A stretch of 63,939 bases of DNA, filler included, from Chiloscyllium plagiosum (Eukaryota): NCBI RefSeq assembly GCF_004010195.1. It is 6 parts of one record of this genome, joined end to end, with 100 filler letters (N's around TTAATTAATTAA, not from the genome) between each part and the next. Parts side by side here need not be neighbours in the genome. Positions count along the whole stretch, not along the records: positions 34,897 to 43,325 come from NC_057714.1; positions 43,426 to 51,759 come from NC_057714.1; positions 51,860 to 59,315 come from NC_057714.1; 3 more parts are not named here. One strand, 5' to 3'. Made by a program: the position numbers and the translations under genes. Below, piece by piece: positions 37,831 to 51,966 of this stretch. How positions within the stretch are numbered: position 1 is the first letter of the stretch; each line of letters starts with the position of its first letter. Below the pieces are notes generated by a model. That model did not search any database and had not been told where the DNA came from. It was given only the letters and a program-made list of their open reading frames with translations.

Positions 37831-38435
37831 ATGATTCAGTATTAGGTTTTTGGAAGTCCACAATGTGAACCTCTACTTCTGTTGTAAATGTTGTTGCAAG
37901 ATAATTATCAATATGCTCATCATTTTCTTATTTTCATTGACAATATCGCCATTAATAAATTTTGAAGCTGTCTGCATTGTTCTTGTCAACCCTCTTTTCC
38001 TTATAGATTTTTAAAATTAATTGTTAATCTTGATATCCCTTTCAAGTTTCTTTTCATATTCCAACCCTGCAGCTGTTCCTATCTTTGCTACCTTTAATGT
38101 TGTTTATAACTCTCCCAGTTGCCAGGAGGATGTTTCCTTTTACATGCATGTGTTTTCTTTTAATGATATGTTAAGTGTTGCCTTTTTAGACATTTGCAAC
38201 TTGCTTTTGTCTCTTAGAGTTCTTGTGACTTCTGGTTATACGCTGACTCTATATCACATTAATTTTTTTTAAAATTCTTCCCACTGTTCTTCTGTCATTT
38301 TAGGCATTAACTAATTTTATTTCAGTTTACTGTGGAGAGCTCTGTCCCATTGCACTCACAGTAAGTCCATAAGATATAGAAGCAGAAGTGTCCCATTCAG
38401 TCCATCGAGTCTGCCCTGCCATTCAGTGAGATCTT

Positions 38436-38705
38436 AGATTAGATTACTTGCAGTATGGAGACAGGCCCTTCAGCCCAACAAGTCCACACCGACCCTCCGA
38501 AGAGCAACCCACCCATCCCCTACATTTACCACTTCATCTAACACTATGGGCAATTTAGCATGGCCAATTAACCTAGCCTGCATATTTTTGGAGGAAACCG
38601 GAGCGTGCGGAGGAAACCCACACAGACGCTGCCTGAGGCGGAAATTGAACCCAGGTCTCTGGGGCTGTGAGACAGCAATGCTCACCACTGTGCCACCGTG
38701 TTGCT
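38436..38705 (-). mobile_element. HE1-type V-SINE nested in a CR1 tail
   Basis: Head, V-domain remnant and (AATCT)n tail. Confidence 0.85.
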
Positions 38706-38799
38706 CATAGCTGATCTGACAATCTTTAACTCCACTTTTCTGCCTTGCCACCATTATCCTTGATTCCCTTACTGATTTAAAAATCTATCTTAGCCTTGG

Positions 38800-39310
38800 A
38801 TATATATGATTCATACAAGAGGACCCCCACATATCCCCATGCCATCCTTACCTAAATCGAGATAATAGTAGCTGAACATGTCCTATATACTTAAGTTCGG
38901 GCATCTTTATTGTAATTTCTTCTTGGTCCATCTCGGATCCACCTGGTGAGCTCTTGCATTGACTTGCATTGTCTCTCCGCATCCATAAACAAACCTTTCT
39001 CTCCAGGAAGATCACTGACTCTCTCATGTTGACTGTAATGATATTCTTCTGGAGCAGTGGAAATGCCAAACAGCATCAACAGTCATGTGTATCTCAAGTG
39101 CATCCAGAATGTAGTTAGAAAGCTGTTGCTTTCATCTAGCTTCACTTGTCAGGAACCATTCTTCGCATCTAGAGTGGTAACAATTTTTGTCTTTGCAATT
39201 TCCTTCCACAGTTGCCATGGGATAGTGATATCTCTTCAGGGTTTAATTTAGATTCTTTGAGTCAATGCATACACTCAGCTTTCCATGTTAATTGACAATT
39301 ACCATGCTGC
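38800..39310 (-). mobile_element. Degenerate Ty3/Gypsy RT fragment
   Basis: LDAKNGS*QVKLDESNSFLTTFW, MLFGISTAPEEY and ELKYIGH motifs. Confidence 0.78.
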
Positions 39311-39689
39311 TAATCCATTGAATAGACATTTGTCTTGCTGTCATGCCCACAATGCATAGAAAAAAGTACGAGTGCAGTGCTTTATTTAAGAATTACGTTA
39401 GCAGGCCATAAGCTTTTAATACTTTTTTGCATGTGTGCAGAGAAGAGTCATCAATATTCCTAAGCCTTGTCAGCATTGCTGTGACTCTGCTTCTGCCTGT
39501 TTTATTAACACTGCCCTGCTTTTGCTGGGGCTTGCCTCAGGTCTCCAAATTGGCCAGCAACTCTTCTGGCCAGTCACTTTGGCAGTTAATTGCCAGCTGT
39601 TGGTAAGATGCAGCTCCAGATCCCTCTGACCACTGAAGAAGAATTGCCTCATCTTTCAGACCCAATGGCCTTTTACTGCCTATCTTGCT

Positions 39690-40740
39690 AATCAATAATA
39701 TATCAACTATCTCCTTAAAAAATATTTAGAGACTCTGCATCTGCCATCTTTGAAGCAAGAAATTCCCAAAACTCTCAATCCTCTGAGAGAAAAATAAATC
39801 CTTATTCCTCTTTTAAATGGGCAATCCTTTAAGTTTAAACAGTGGCTCCTGGTTCTAGATTCCTCCATCAGAGAAATTCTTTCACGTCCACCCAGTCAGT
39901 TTTCTCAGGATATTGTGTGTTTCAGTCAAGTTGCATCTTCTAAACCCCAGCAGATACAAGCCTTGCCTGTCCAAATTTTACTCATGAGACAGCTATTTTG
40001 TTCCAAGAATTAGTTTACCAAACCTGTTGTCAATTGCCTCTGATGCACTTACATCTTTTTTTACATAGGGAGGCCAATACTGTGCACAGTATTTCAGATG
40101 GGGTCTCACTAAAGCCCTGTATAATTGAAGCATAAGTTCCTGCTTTTACATCAGAATGCTGCAGTCACCATAGTCCCAAAGGATCATAGGGCTTCCCTCT
40201 CATTAGAGAGAGACAACTGGTGGTGGTTTAACCCGAGGGTCACCATGCCTCAGGTGAGAGCCAAGATTGTGAAGGTGGAACCTTGATGGTAATCTCAGCC
40301 AATGTGGACATTGAACCCTCACTGTTGGCATCATACTGCATTGCAAACTAGCTATCCAACCAACTGAACTAACCGATCCTCAATATCATGCATACCATTG
40401 CATTCAATTATGCTCCCAGTAAACAATAACATTCTCTTTGCTTTCGAAAATATTTGCATGCTAATTGTTTATGATTCTTGCAGCTTGACATCCAGATCCC
40501 ACTGCATCTCACAGCTCTGCTGTTTCTCACCATGAGATATGCTGGTTTTTATTTTTCCCATCAAAATAGACAATACAAGTTTCCTACATTATACTCCATC
40601 TTCCAGATCTTTGCCCACTTACCAAACTTATTTTACCCTCTTCTAGCCTCCTTGATCTTCACAACTTATTTCCTATCTGTCTGTGGCTTCAGCACATCGA
40701 GCTACTTTGGGTCTCTTCATCTAAATAATTTATATAAATT
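39690..40740 (-). mobile_element. Old CR1 LINE 3' region with a nested short repeat (about 40155-40380)
   Basis: Reverse-complement RALVRPHLKYCAQYWPP motif near 40070-40120. Confidence 0.7.
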
Positions 40741-41273
40741 ATAGATTAACAGAAGTTTTACAAAATAGGTAGGTTTAACACGCTATCAATGCTGATGCAA
40801 TTAAAATCCGGGATGTGCAATAGGCTAGAATTGCAGGAGTGCAGGTATTTTGATCATTGGGCGTAATTATGCAGAGTTTTGACCTAGATTTGTAGGGCAC
40901 TGTCTAATTATTTACACTTTCATGTGTAGCAATAGCAGGTGTCTCTGAGGCCCAAATGCTTTATTATACCTACAAACACCTCCCACCCACAATTTTCAAG
41001 CTTCATAAAAAGACCTTTATTTTATATTTTCACATGGAGGTGGTAACCTAGTAATTCTATTATGCAGAAAAGAGTGTAGATAACAAGTTTAAAATTTAAG
41101 TATTTCCATATGTCGTCATAACTTGGTTTAGAAATGTTTAGCTTCAAAATTTGATCGAGGACAAGCTCTCAGCACCATAACAATTGAAAACCAAAGTTCT
41201 CTCTGTTGCTGCATAAACAGGAAGTACCCAATTCTCTCTGTGGGTCGCATCTTACAACAAAAATAACAATTCT

Positions 41274-41599
41274 TAGAATAGAATCCCTACAGTGTGGAAA
41301 CAGGCCATTTGGCCCAACAAGTCCACACCGACCATTCAAAGTGTAATCCTCCCAGACCCATTCCCCTTCCGTATTACCCCATATTTGCCCCTGACTCATG
41401 GGCAATTTAGCATGGCCAATACACTTAACCTGCACATCTTTGGATTGTGGGAGGAAACCGGAGCGCCCACAGGAAACCCACACAGACACGGGGAGAATAT
41501 ACGAGCTCCACACAGACCGTCGCCCGAGACTGAAATTGAACCCAGGTCCCTGATGCTGTGAGACAGCAGTCCTAACCACTGAGCCACTGTGCTGCCCAC
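41274..41599 (-). mobile_element. HE1-type V-SINE
   Basis: Full head, V-domain and tail. Confidence 0.9.
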
Positions 41600-43020
41600 A
41601 CAATCTCAGTTCTTGAAATTGATGAAGGCCCAAGGGTCATTCTTATAAATTACACGAAGAAGGAAAAGGCATTGTTAATTATTTCCTAAATGTCAGTAGA
41701 AGCTTCACTAGCGGTACAAATGCACCCACTGTAATACACTCAATAAGATGACATTTAGCGGACACCATGCTGGAGATGTTTGAGCATGGAGCAGGTGCCA
41801 ATTTGGGTCCAAAACATCACCTATAGTTGAAAACTGTAAGCTGAATTTCATTTTTCTGTGCTGCAAATGTTGCTTAGATCAGGCTTGGGTTAATTGTGTG
41901 TCACAATTCCCTGACCTGGTTTTGTGGTCTGTCAAATTTATAACCCATATTTCTGATTTTGAAAATGCATTTGCACAGTATTACTGATTCCAGATGGCCA
42001 TATCATTGGGCTCTATAATTGAACTTCATGCACAGCATGCTATATCTGCAAGGGGAGAAAGGATTGCTGTATCTTAAGTAACTATTGTTACACATATGTT
42101 TTCTACATGGAAACTGCAGGAAAGCTTCGACCAAATATTTCAAATTATTACTTGAAGTAATTTGCAGTCACATTGTGAAAATGAAAGTACAGCTTGCTGT
42201 GTTTCAATTTTGAGTTAATTAAATTACCTTCAGGCAAAGCTATAGAGTAGAGCACTTTAAATACAGCGTTAAAATAATTTAAAATCAATTTCATTGACAC
42301 CAGTAATTCTACTGTACTTCTCAGGTGTCAGCAATTAAATGGAATGCCCCCATGAGTCCTATAATGCTTCTGTTGCGAACAGAGGGATGTAGAAATTCAA
42401 GCTAATTACACAAAGAAGCACGGCTATGGGAGTTTTTTTGAGCCCCCAAAAGTTATGAAATAAAACATGGTTTTCTGGAGTCAGATGACCCTGGAGCATT
42501 GCTGACACCAGCATAAAACTTTCCTCCCATGTGTTTCCAACTAAGACAATCAAAGATATTCTTCAGAATTATCTTCACCAGCAGTGGCCTATGGTTAGAG
42601 ATAAAGGGTCTAAAATTGTGCTTCAACTGGTGTTACATTGGACTGAGTTACACGAGATGCAGGATTTCTTGGGGAGGGAAGCCACTGAGTGGAAAACCAG
42701 CTGTCGCATACCCATGTAAAGGCTGATTTCAGACTCCTGAAGGGGACATCCCAACCTCAAATAACTGCTGAACAATGAAAGGCTAGCAGCTCTTCAGCAC
42801 GTTGAGTATTAGATCAGTATTTAGATATGTGTTTGGAATATCGCTAGATGCCAAACCAAGCTCTGATGGGAGGGTCATGTGATTTTAACGAGTTCTCTGA
42901 TTGGAGCTGTTAAGCTGATGCAATCAGGGAGCCCTGTCTGACAGATATAAACAGGCATGTCAGAGGTTCTGTACTTTCTGAGATCTGGCTCTGAGGAAGC
43001 TGGACCAGTGTCAAGTTATG

Positions 43021-43325
43021 TAGGTAAAAACAATGACTGCAGATGCTGGAAACCAGATTCTGGATTAGTGGTGCTGGAAGAGCACAGCAGTTCAGGCAGC
43101 ATCCGAGAAGCAATAAAATCAACGTTTCGGGCAAAAGCCCTTCATCATGAATAAAGGCAGAGAGCCTGAAGCGTGGAGAGATAAGCGAGAGGAGGGTGGG
43201 GGTGGGGAGAAAGTAGCATAGAGTACAATAGGTGAGTGGGGGAGGGGATGAAGGTGATAGGTCAAGGAGGAGGGTGGAGTGGATAGGTGGAAAAGAAGAT
43301 AGGCAGGTAGGACAAGTCATGGGGA
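43021..43325 (-). mobile_element. Penelope-like terminal repeat, cut by a gap
   Basis: Same subfamily as 35700-35885; hammerhead core degenerate (AUGAUGA..GAAACGUU). Confidence 0.8.
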
Positions 43326-43425
43326 NNNNNNNNNNNNNNNNNNNNNNNNNNNNNNNNNNNNNNNNNNNNTTAATTAATTAANNNNNNNNNNNNNNNNNNN
43401 NNNNNNNNNNNNNNNNNNNNNNNNN
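43326..43425. other. Assembly gap with artificial linker
   Basis: N44-TTAATTAATTAA-N44. Confidence 0.97.
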
Positions 43426-43679
43426 CCCCAACCCTGTCCCCTCTCTGGGGCAGCTGGACTGGACACCAACAACACTGCTGCTGCTGCCTTTGTGGGGTAA
43501 GTCTCCAAACCGCGCGCGCACGCACACACACACACACTTTTTACTGCAACTTTTTGACAGGTTCCATCTCTGCCCTGTACAGGACAATGCTGGAGAGATT
43601 ATCTCAGGAAGGGGGGGGGTGGTTTAGGGCTCATCCCTCTATAGAACTCCAGGGAAAGTGTGGGGAGAGAGAGATGGCG

Positions 43680-43830
43680 GGCAGTCAGGCATTTGGCGAT
43701 GGTGCCTGTTTAATCACTGTTAACAAAAGACGCGACCACTGTTGGAAACAAATCTTTGATGTAATGTTTCTATCAGGACCTCAAGATCTCCTTTGGATAA
43801 TCCGATTTTTGGATAATCGAGGTTCCTCTG
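43680..43830. mobile_element. End of a probable Tc1/mariner-pogo (Tigger-like) DNA transposon
   Basis: Minus strand reads TA|CAGAGGAACCTCGATTATCC..CGGATTATCC, a Tigger-like TIR with a TA target; the other end is not seen. Confidence 0.55.
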
Positions 43831-44204
43831 TAAACATATAACGTACATGCATCTGCTTCTGAACCTCTGTTTAGGTACTTGATATATTGTCACACCATTC
43901 CACATAAGTTCATGGACAATGAAGAAACTCCATTGATTGAATATTACACTCAGCCAGCAACTAAAATCAAACTATAACCATGGGGAGCAATGCATGGGGA
44001 GCAGTGCATACAGCATTCAGGGCTTTGAATACTGTATGCACTTCTCGACATCCTGAATGACAATCATTAATGGTTGGATCCCTCTGTGCACAAAGGTGTG
44101 GTTGCAAGCAAATTGTCCAGGAATAGTTGTGCCAAAGAGATAGCATCTTCAGAGAGGGTAAATAGTGTAGAATGGCCAGCAAGTTCGTATTCTACATGCT
44201 AGAG

Positions 44205-46590
44205 CAAATTATTGAATCTGAACTGAAAAAAAAAAATTCTGAAGATCACAATGGGACTGGCAGCATCTATGGAGAGAAAGCAAGCTAATGTTTCAAGTCT
44301 AAATGACCCTTCAATCAGAGCTTTGCAGGAGGCAGCATTTCTGCAATAGTAGAGTTGGGGGGGTATCTGGGGGTTGGTTGGAGTGCTGAGGGAGAAAGGA
44401 TGTTGATAGTTCAGATTAAGTGAGAAATGTGAGAAAGGCAAACAATAGTGTGTCAAACTGCCAGACTGGAAAGAACAGACAATACCAATGAGGTGGGCAA
44501 AGGGGTGAGAGAGTGACAGAGAATGTAATAAGCACAGCTAAAAGACAGGGAAAATTGAAGGTGTGGAACTCAGTATTGAGCCTCGAAGGCTGTAAACTGC
44601 CTAGTTTGAAGATGCTGCTCTTCCAATTTGTACGGTTTCTGGAGTATTGCAGAGGACAGACAAATGGGCATCCGAGCAAGGCGCCGTGTTAAAATGACTG
44701 GCTACGGGAATGTCGGGATTATACTTGTGTGTGGAACGGAGATTTGTGCAAAGCCGTCACCCAGTCTGCATTTAGTTTCTCCAATGTCAAATAGGCCACA
44801 TTGGGTGCAGCTAATACAATACACAAGATTGGAGGTGGTACAGGTGAAATACTGTTGGTGGTCGAGGAGTGCACTAATGCACCCTAGAGAGAACTATCCC
44901 TGTGAAATGCAGACAGGGGAAATGAGGGAAAGATGCGTTATACCTACACTCCCCACCAGGATGGTCTGAGAGCCCTCAGCTTCTTCCTCAACCAGGGGTC
45001 TGAACAATCCTCATCCACCACTTTCCTCCACTTGGCTGAGCTTGTCCTTTCACTGAATAATTTCCCCTTTAATTCATCTCACTTCTGCCAAGTTAAAGGA
45101 GTGGCTATGGGCACCCGCATGGTCCCAGCAATGCCTGCCTCTTTATGGGGTATGTGGAACAATCCTTATTCTAGTTCACCACTGGCTCCCTCCCACAACT
45201 CTCTTTTTTAAGCACATCAACGACTGTTTCAGTGTCGCTTCATGCTCCTGCCTGGACCATGAAAAATGTGTTCAGTTTGCCTCCAATTTCCCTGCCATAA
45301 CTTACATGTGATCCATTTCTACCACTTCTCTTCCTTTCCTTGACCTCTCCATCTCAATTTTGAGGAATAAACTGTCCAATGCCATTCACTACAAAGCTAC
45401 CAACTCCCATAGCTACCTTCACAACAGCTGTTCCCACCCCATGTCCGGCAAGGATTCCATCCCATTTTCCCAGTTCCTTCACCTATGCCATATCTGTTTA
45501 GACAATGCCACCTTCCAAAACAGCACTGCTTCTTCCATAACGGTGGTTTCCTGACCACTATGGTTCACATGACCCTCAACCGCAACCGACCCATCACCCA
45601 TGCTTCCACCCTTACCCCTTCCCATCACTTACAACAGTGAGATTGGGTCCTCCTTGACCACACCAGCCTTCACATTCAAAGGATCGTTCTCTGTCATTTC
45701 AGACAACTCCAGCACAACACTACCACCAAACACCACTTCTCCTCACTCCACCATCTGCATTTTGCAGGGATCATTCCCTCCAGAACACACTAGTTCATTT
45801 CTCAACCATCAACACATTCCCCCTTTCCATGGCACCTTCCCATGTAACCGCAGAAGGTGCAACACCTGCCCCTTCACCTCCTCCCTGCCCAACATCTATG
45901 GGTCGAAATAGTCTTTGCAGATGAGGCAGCATTTCACTTGTACTTCCTCCAATCTTATGTATTGTATTCACTGCACCCAATGTGGCCTACTCTACATACT
46001 GGAAAACCTAAACACATATTGGGTGACTGCTTGGCAGAACTCCTTCAGAGTTGAGCGTGCGTTGCTGGAAAAGCACAGCAGGTCAAGCAGCATCCAAGGA
46101 ACAGGAGAATTGACATTTCAGATCCGAGGCCTTCATCAGAAAAGTCTCCTAGAACTCTTTCAATTCTTGTGCAAGCATGACCCTGACCTTCCCATAGCCC
46201 AGTCATTTTAAGTCAGTATCTTGCTTTCATGCCCACTTGTCTGTCCTCAGCATGTGAGCAATGCTCCAGCAAATCACAGTGCAAACTGAGGAGCAACATC
46301 TCATCTTCAAACTAGGTACTTTACAACCCTCTGGGCTCAATATTGAGTTCAACACCTTAATGGTGTTACATTCTCTTGGAGATAGTGAGAACCGCAGATG
46401 TTGGAGATCAGAGCGGAGCCGAAAAAAGCACAGCAGGTCAAGTAGCAGAGGGGACGGGAGCAGTTGATGTTTCAGGCCAGAACCTTTCATCAGGATTGAA
46501 GGAGGGGAAGGGGGCTATGAAATAAATGGGGGCAGGACTGGGGGAAAAGGTGAGTGGGATAGCGATAGGTGGATACAGGTAGGAGGTAGC
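44205..46590. mobile_element. Penelope-like complex: inverted GIY-YIG/pLTR copy (about 44205-44850) plus forward RT and GIY-YIG (about 44930-46360)
   Basis: LAELVLSLNNF.F..HFCQVKGVAMGT (RT) and NLMYCIHCTQCGLLYI (GIY-YIG). 44560-44850 is a diverged reverse complement of 45925-46360. Confidence 0.85.
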
Positions 46591-46599
46591 TGTCCATTT

Positions 46600-46870
46600 T
46601 CAGCCTCAGCGACTGTGTGGAGTTTACACATTCGTCCTGCGATTGTGTGGGTTTCTTCCGGGTGCTCCAGTTTCCTCCCACAGTCCAACGATATGCAAGT
46701 TAGGTGGACTGGCCATGCTAAATTATCTATAGTGTTCAGGGGAATTGTAGGGTAGGTGCATTAATTCGGGTAAATATAGGGTAGCGAATGGGTCTGGGTG
46801 GGATACTCTTTGGAAGTCCGGTTTGGACTTGTTGGGCTGAAGAGCCTATTTCCACACAGTAGGAATTCTA
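46600..46870 (+). mobile_element. HE1-type V-SINE, 5'-truncated
   Basis: V-domain GGGTGCTCCAGTTTCCTCCCACAGTCC and tail. Confidence 0.85.
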
Positions 46871-48861
46871 ATTTATTAATTGAATAAGTCCTACCCCTGT
46901 TTGTTTTACCAAAATGCAATACCTCACACTGATCCAAATTAAACTATCTGCCATTCTCTTCAGTCCCATTGACCAACTGCTTCTTTCACTTCCTTTTGCA
47001 TCTCCCTTCTGAACCAGCTTGGTTCTCAATTGCATTTACTACCAGACCGCTGTCATAGGCACATGTTTTCTTCTTTAACTTAATTTCTATCTCCTTTGTC
47101 ATCCAGAGAACTCTGTAGATTTATCTTATCTTTCTTTTTTGTGGAAATGTACCTTGATTGTGACCAAACCAACTTCTCTTTGAAAGAAGCCCATTGTTGA
47201 GTTAGTGTTTCCCACAATCTTTGGTTCCAGTTTATTTGGCCAAGCTCCATTCTTGTCCCATTGAAGTTGGCTCTGTTCTCGTTGATTATTTTTACTTTAG
47301 ATTGACCACTTATTTTCTACCATCATCTAAAACCTTCTGATATAATGACCATTATCCTCCAAATGTCATTTGATATCCTTGGTCTACTTTATTTCTAAGA
47401 ATTAAGTCTAGCTGTCCTTCCTTTCTCACTGAATTGAACACATACTGTAGGAAATTCTCCTGATAATAATCTAGGAAGGCCTGCCCTTTGCTGTCCCTTA
47501 TACAACTATCCTAGCTTTTAAACTGGTAATTAAAGTCTCCCTTAATAACTACTCTATGACATTTACAACTCTTTCCAATTTCCTTGCAAACATGTTTCTC
47601 CACAATTTTCCTGCACTTTGATAGTTGACCAATTACAGCAAGCGATGTCACTACTTCCATGCTTGGAAGGAATACAGTGTCAGAAAAAATAGATTTCAAG
47701 GTACTGCTCTTCTAAATCATGCCCCGGGTCATCCTATCAATCTTGATAACTTATCAGAAAATGTTTAAGTGGTTCTCCTGCCAGCCAACAGAACTTCATT
47801 GTTATAGCCTATGGAATAGAGGCTTTCAAGGCTTATAATTTATATCATATTTTTCTACTTCATCAAGGAAACAGATGACAAGAATAATTTAAGAATCAGA
47901 GAATTTTGGCATCATTGGATCTTCTGCCTTTGCACAATCAGCTAGTAAACTTTCTCTGAACTGCCTCCAACTCATCTGCACCCTTTCTGAAATAAGGTGG
48001 CCAATAAAGTGCTCAGTAGTCCAGCTGTAAAACTCACCAGTGGCTTGTATAATTGAAATGTAACATCCCTACTTTAATAATCAATTCCTCTTGTAAAAAT
48101 GAAAACACTCTAGTAGCTCTCATAATTAATGACAGTAATCAACCAACATTTAAAGTATGATCTGAAATTAAAACTATATCGCCTTAACTCCCAAAACAAA
48201 CACATCACAAAAATACAAATATCTGCAGAGTTTATGGTTTTGGCAAAAGAGAAACAACAAATCCTTGTGGGCCATGTGTCTGGAAACATAGGATGATGAC
48301 TTTACATATCCACCTTTTCCAATCAATGTAGCCAAATTGGTGACAACCATAGATTGATGATAGATATCCAGTGCTGGATGCAATCCACTTGGATTCAAGA
48401 TCCTGACAATTAGTCACTGTCAAACTTTTCAGGTTTTACCAGGTAGACACAAAACATTGATATTTATAACTTCTCAGATTCCCTGAAAGTTCTACTGGAA
48501 AGAAGATTCCAGGAGAAAAAAAATCACAGTTTCTGGGGTGTCTTCTTTACTCTGATTCATGGGTCTACTGAATGGAACACTATGGCCAAAGAAGGTTCTA
48601 GGCAAGTATTAGCACAGGGTCTTCTAGTCTTCATAAAATTAGGCTTTCCCAGTAACTAAAACAATAAACTCTATCTTTTATCTCCTTGAAAGCCTTCCTT
48701 AGCTGTTTTTTCAAAGTCACTTCATTTTCAATATTTAAAAAACCGCAGGTGGCTTATAACATACCCTAAGCTGCTGGCTTCATTTCTAAGAAAACACATG
48801 GTATAACTCTTTTCAATCTAGAGAGTGTCCAAATATTCCAAAGTCTTTCCAGATAACCAGA

Positions 48862-49355
48862 TAGTGTGTTCAGTTCTGGCCGCCTCATTACAGGCAGGTT
48901 GTGCAAGCGTTAGAGAGGGTGCAGAGGAGTTTTACCAGGATATTGCCTGGATTGGAAGGCACGACTTATGAAGGAAGGTTGAGGGAGTTAGGACATTTCT
49001 CGTTGCAGCGAAGAAGGATGAGAAGTGACTTGATAGAGGTGTGCAAGATGATGAGAAGCATAGATAGAGTGGATAGCCAAAGATTCTTTTCCCAGGGTTG
49101 AAATGGCTATCACGAGGGGGCATAATTTTAAGGTGATTGGAATAAGGTTTAGGGGATATGTCAGAGATGGGTTCTTTACACAGAGTGGTGGGTGCCTGGA
49201 AAGCACTGCCAGCAGAGGAACATGAGGAACATTTAGCCAACTCTTTGATCAGCACATGGAAGATAGTAAAATGTAGGGTATGTAGGTTAGTTTGATCTTA
49301 GAGTAGGATAAAAGGTTGGCACTCATTGAGGGCCGAAGGGCCTGTACTGTGCAGT
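48862..49355 (+). mobile_element. CR1 LINE 3' fragment
   Basis: ALERVQRSFTRILPGL and RSDLIEVCK motifs. Confidence 0.88.
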
Positions 49356-50379
49356 ACTGATTATAACTGTTAAATATAAAGAGGTTTTCTTTATATTTAA
49401 CCAGATTTGTGGACTGAAGTTACTTTGTGGTAAATAAAAGGTGTGCAGCAAAAAGCATGAGTCAAATAAGTCAATTACCTCAGAGGTGTGGAATTGGCTG
49501 CACTGCACTTGTTTTGGTCAGAGCATACATGGAAGATTTGCGACCTTACCAAATAAATGCCAGTGATGTTGCCATACTATCAAAATGGCTAGTGGCACAA
49601 ATAATTCTGGAAGTCGAAGAGTGTGGCCCTGGAAAAGTACAGTGGGTTAGGCAGCGTCCAAGCAGCAGGAAAGCTGGCGTTTCAGGCATAAGCCCACAAT
49701 TCTGAAACAATTCCTTAGTACCTTAACTGGAATGTTGACACAATCTATAATTTTGTTGTACTCACTACAACAACGGTTCCTTGCTATCCTATGTTGTGAA
49801 TCAAATTTGAAGAGACTGGCATGTGTGGTGTAGAGGTACTCTTGTGAGGAAAGTTTGAGCAGGTTGGGACAATGGGGAGTGAATTTTATGAAAAGTGGTA
49901 ATCACAGTTTTTCTCCATTGAGACACAGCTTGGCACTTCTGGCAGAAGTTTCCAATCACGAGGGCTTCAGAAATGTACAGCCGACCTTCAATCCAACAGG
50001 TTTCTTATAGTATAGGACAGTCAGGGGAAGTCGCACCATGTTCACTTTCACATGACAGTAGTTGCTATATTCTGGGATTCAAATATCCAGCAACAAAGCA
50101 AGCCACTGTGACAACTCCTGTGAAGTGCTAAGTATTTAAGATATCTTCGGGGTTAAGGTACCTATGGGGTTAGGGTGCAAGTTAGGTAAGGTTGCAGGTA
50201 CTCCATTCAAGGGTGAGGCATTATATTAAGACATCCAGGGTAAATATTAACTGAAGCAGACGTATCCAATTTAAATGGATACTTTCAGAGGGTTCCAGGT
50301 GCAGACAAATTGCTCATTAGAGTTTTCAATTTCCTGGCCAATTTCCACAGAGTCCACCATGTATGGAACTCTGCAGTGT

Positions 50380-51285
50380 CTCAATGTGCATGCTGATGGT
50401 GCAGAAAGGACTGATTAACAACTGTAAAACCTCAGCCATTGGGGTGTAGAAAGATGTGAAGTGATTCTATTGAAACAGAAATCAACTGGACTAGCCATAT
50501 AAATATTGTGGCTAGAAGAACAAATCAGAGACTAGGAGTCGTGATTCGTGATTCTCCAAAGTATGTCCACCATCTACAAGGCACAAGTCAGGAGTGTGAT
50601 GGAAGACTTCTCACTGGCCTGAATAAATGCAACTCCAACAATGCTCAAGAAATCTGACACTATCTGGAGCAAAGTTAAAAATCACACAACACCAGGTTAT
50701 AGTCCAACAGGTTTAATTGGAAGCACACTGGAGCAAAGAAGCGTACTCAATTGGCATCACATCTACAAACATTCAGTCCCTCCACCATTGACATTCAGCA
50801 GCAGCATGTAACATTGACAGGATACACTGCAGGAATTCACCAAGGCTTCTTACAGAGTACCTTCCAAATCCACGACCACTATTATCAAGGTGGACAAGGG
50901 CTGCAGATACATGAGAACACCACCATGTGCAAGCTCATCTTCAAGCCACTCACCATTCTACCTTGAAAAAGTAAGATTATAAGACATAGCAGCAGACGGC
51001 AGACAATTAGCAGTTCAACAGTACCATGGCTAATCTCATGAATCGTCCATTCAACTCTCCTGCTTTTTCCCTCTAATCTTTTATTCCCTTGCCAATTGAA
51101 AATTTATATAATTGCCATTTCTTCAATGTTACTCTGTCAAAATCCTGGGACTCTCTCCCTAACGGCAGTGTGAGTTTACCTACAGCGATTTAAGGAAGAA
51201 GTTTACCATTGCCTTCTCAAAGGTAACTAGGGATGGGCAATAAGTGCCTGTAACTCCCATATCCATGAATAAATAAAAATAAATA
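50380..51285 (+). mobile_element. 3' part of the tRNA-headed LINE family, with nested insertions
   Basis: TIYKAQVRSVME motif. Tail matches 24805-24970. A short insert at about 50675-50727 is flanked by the duplicated CTGGAGCAAAG. Confidence 0.7.
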
Positions 51286-51519
51286 TTTAAGTTGTAATAT
51301 TTAATCAGTACCATGGCCGCCATGGACTTTCCTTTTCAATATAGAGCCTAACCATGAAATATGTTGAGAGATAAGAAACCATCATCGCAGGGAAAACATA
51401 CACTGCTCTAAAACACGCATATTGATGATTGTTGGGCATAATGGAAATTATAACTTGAGATAGTTTATATTTTTCTGTTAAGCATAAATAATATTTCAAC
51501 ATTGACAATTACTAACACT

Positions 51520-51759
51520 GGAGGAGAAAGTGAGGACTGCAGATGCTGGAGATCAGAGCTGAAATTGTGTTGCTGGAAAAGTGCAGCAGGTCAGGCAGCA
51601 TCAAAGGAGCAAGAGAATCGACGTTTCGGGCATGAGCCCTTCTTCAGGAATGATGAAAGTGTGTCCAGCAGGCTAAGATAAAAGGTAGGGAGGAGGGACT
51701 TGGGGGAGGGGTGTTGGAAATGCGATAGGTGGAAGGAGGTTAAGGTGAGGATGATAGGC
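51520..51759 (-). mobile_element. Penelope-like terminal repeat with an intact hammerhead core (51620-51647)
   Basis: Same family as 12509-12679; CUGAAGA-A-GGGC(UCAU)GCCC-GAAACGUC. Confidence 0.85.
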
Positions 51760-51859
51760 NNNNNNNNNNNNNNNNNNNNNNNNNNNNNNNNNNNNNNNNN
51801 NNNTTAATTAATTAANNNNNNNNNNNNNNNNNNNNNNNNNNNNNNNNNNNNNNNNNNNN
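51760..51859. other. Assembly gap with artificial linker
   Basis: N44-TTAATTAATTAA-N44. Confidence 0.97.
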
Positions 51860-51966
51860 AAGGCAGGAACAGGATACTGATTAAGGATGATCAGCCATGA
51901 TCATATTGGATGGTGGTGCAGGCTCGAAGGGCAGAATGGCCTACTCCTGCACCTATTGTCTATTGT
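51860..51966 (+). mobile_element. CR1 3' tail (same subfamily as 16-738)
   Basis: Nearly identical to 628-735. Confidence 0.9.
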
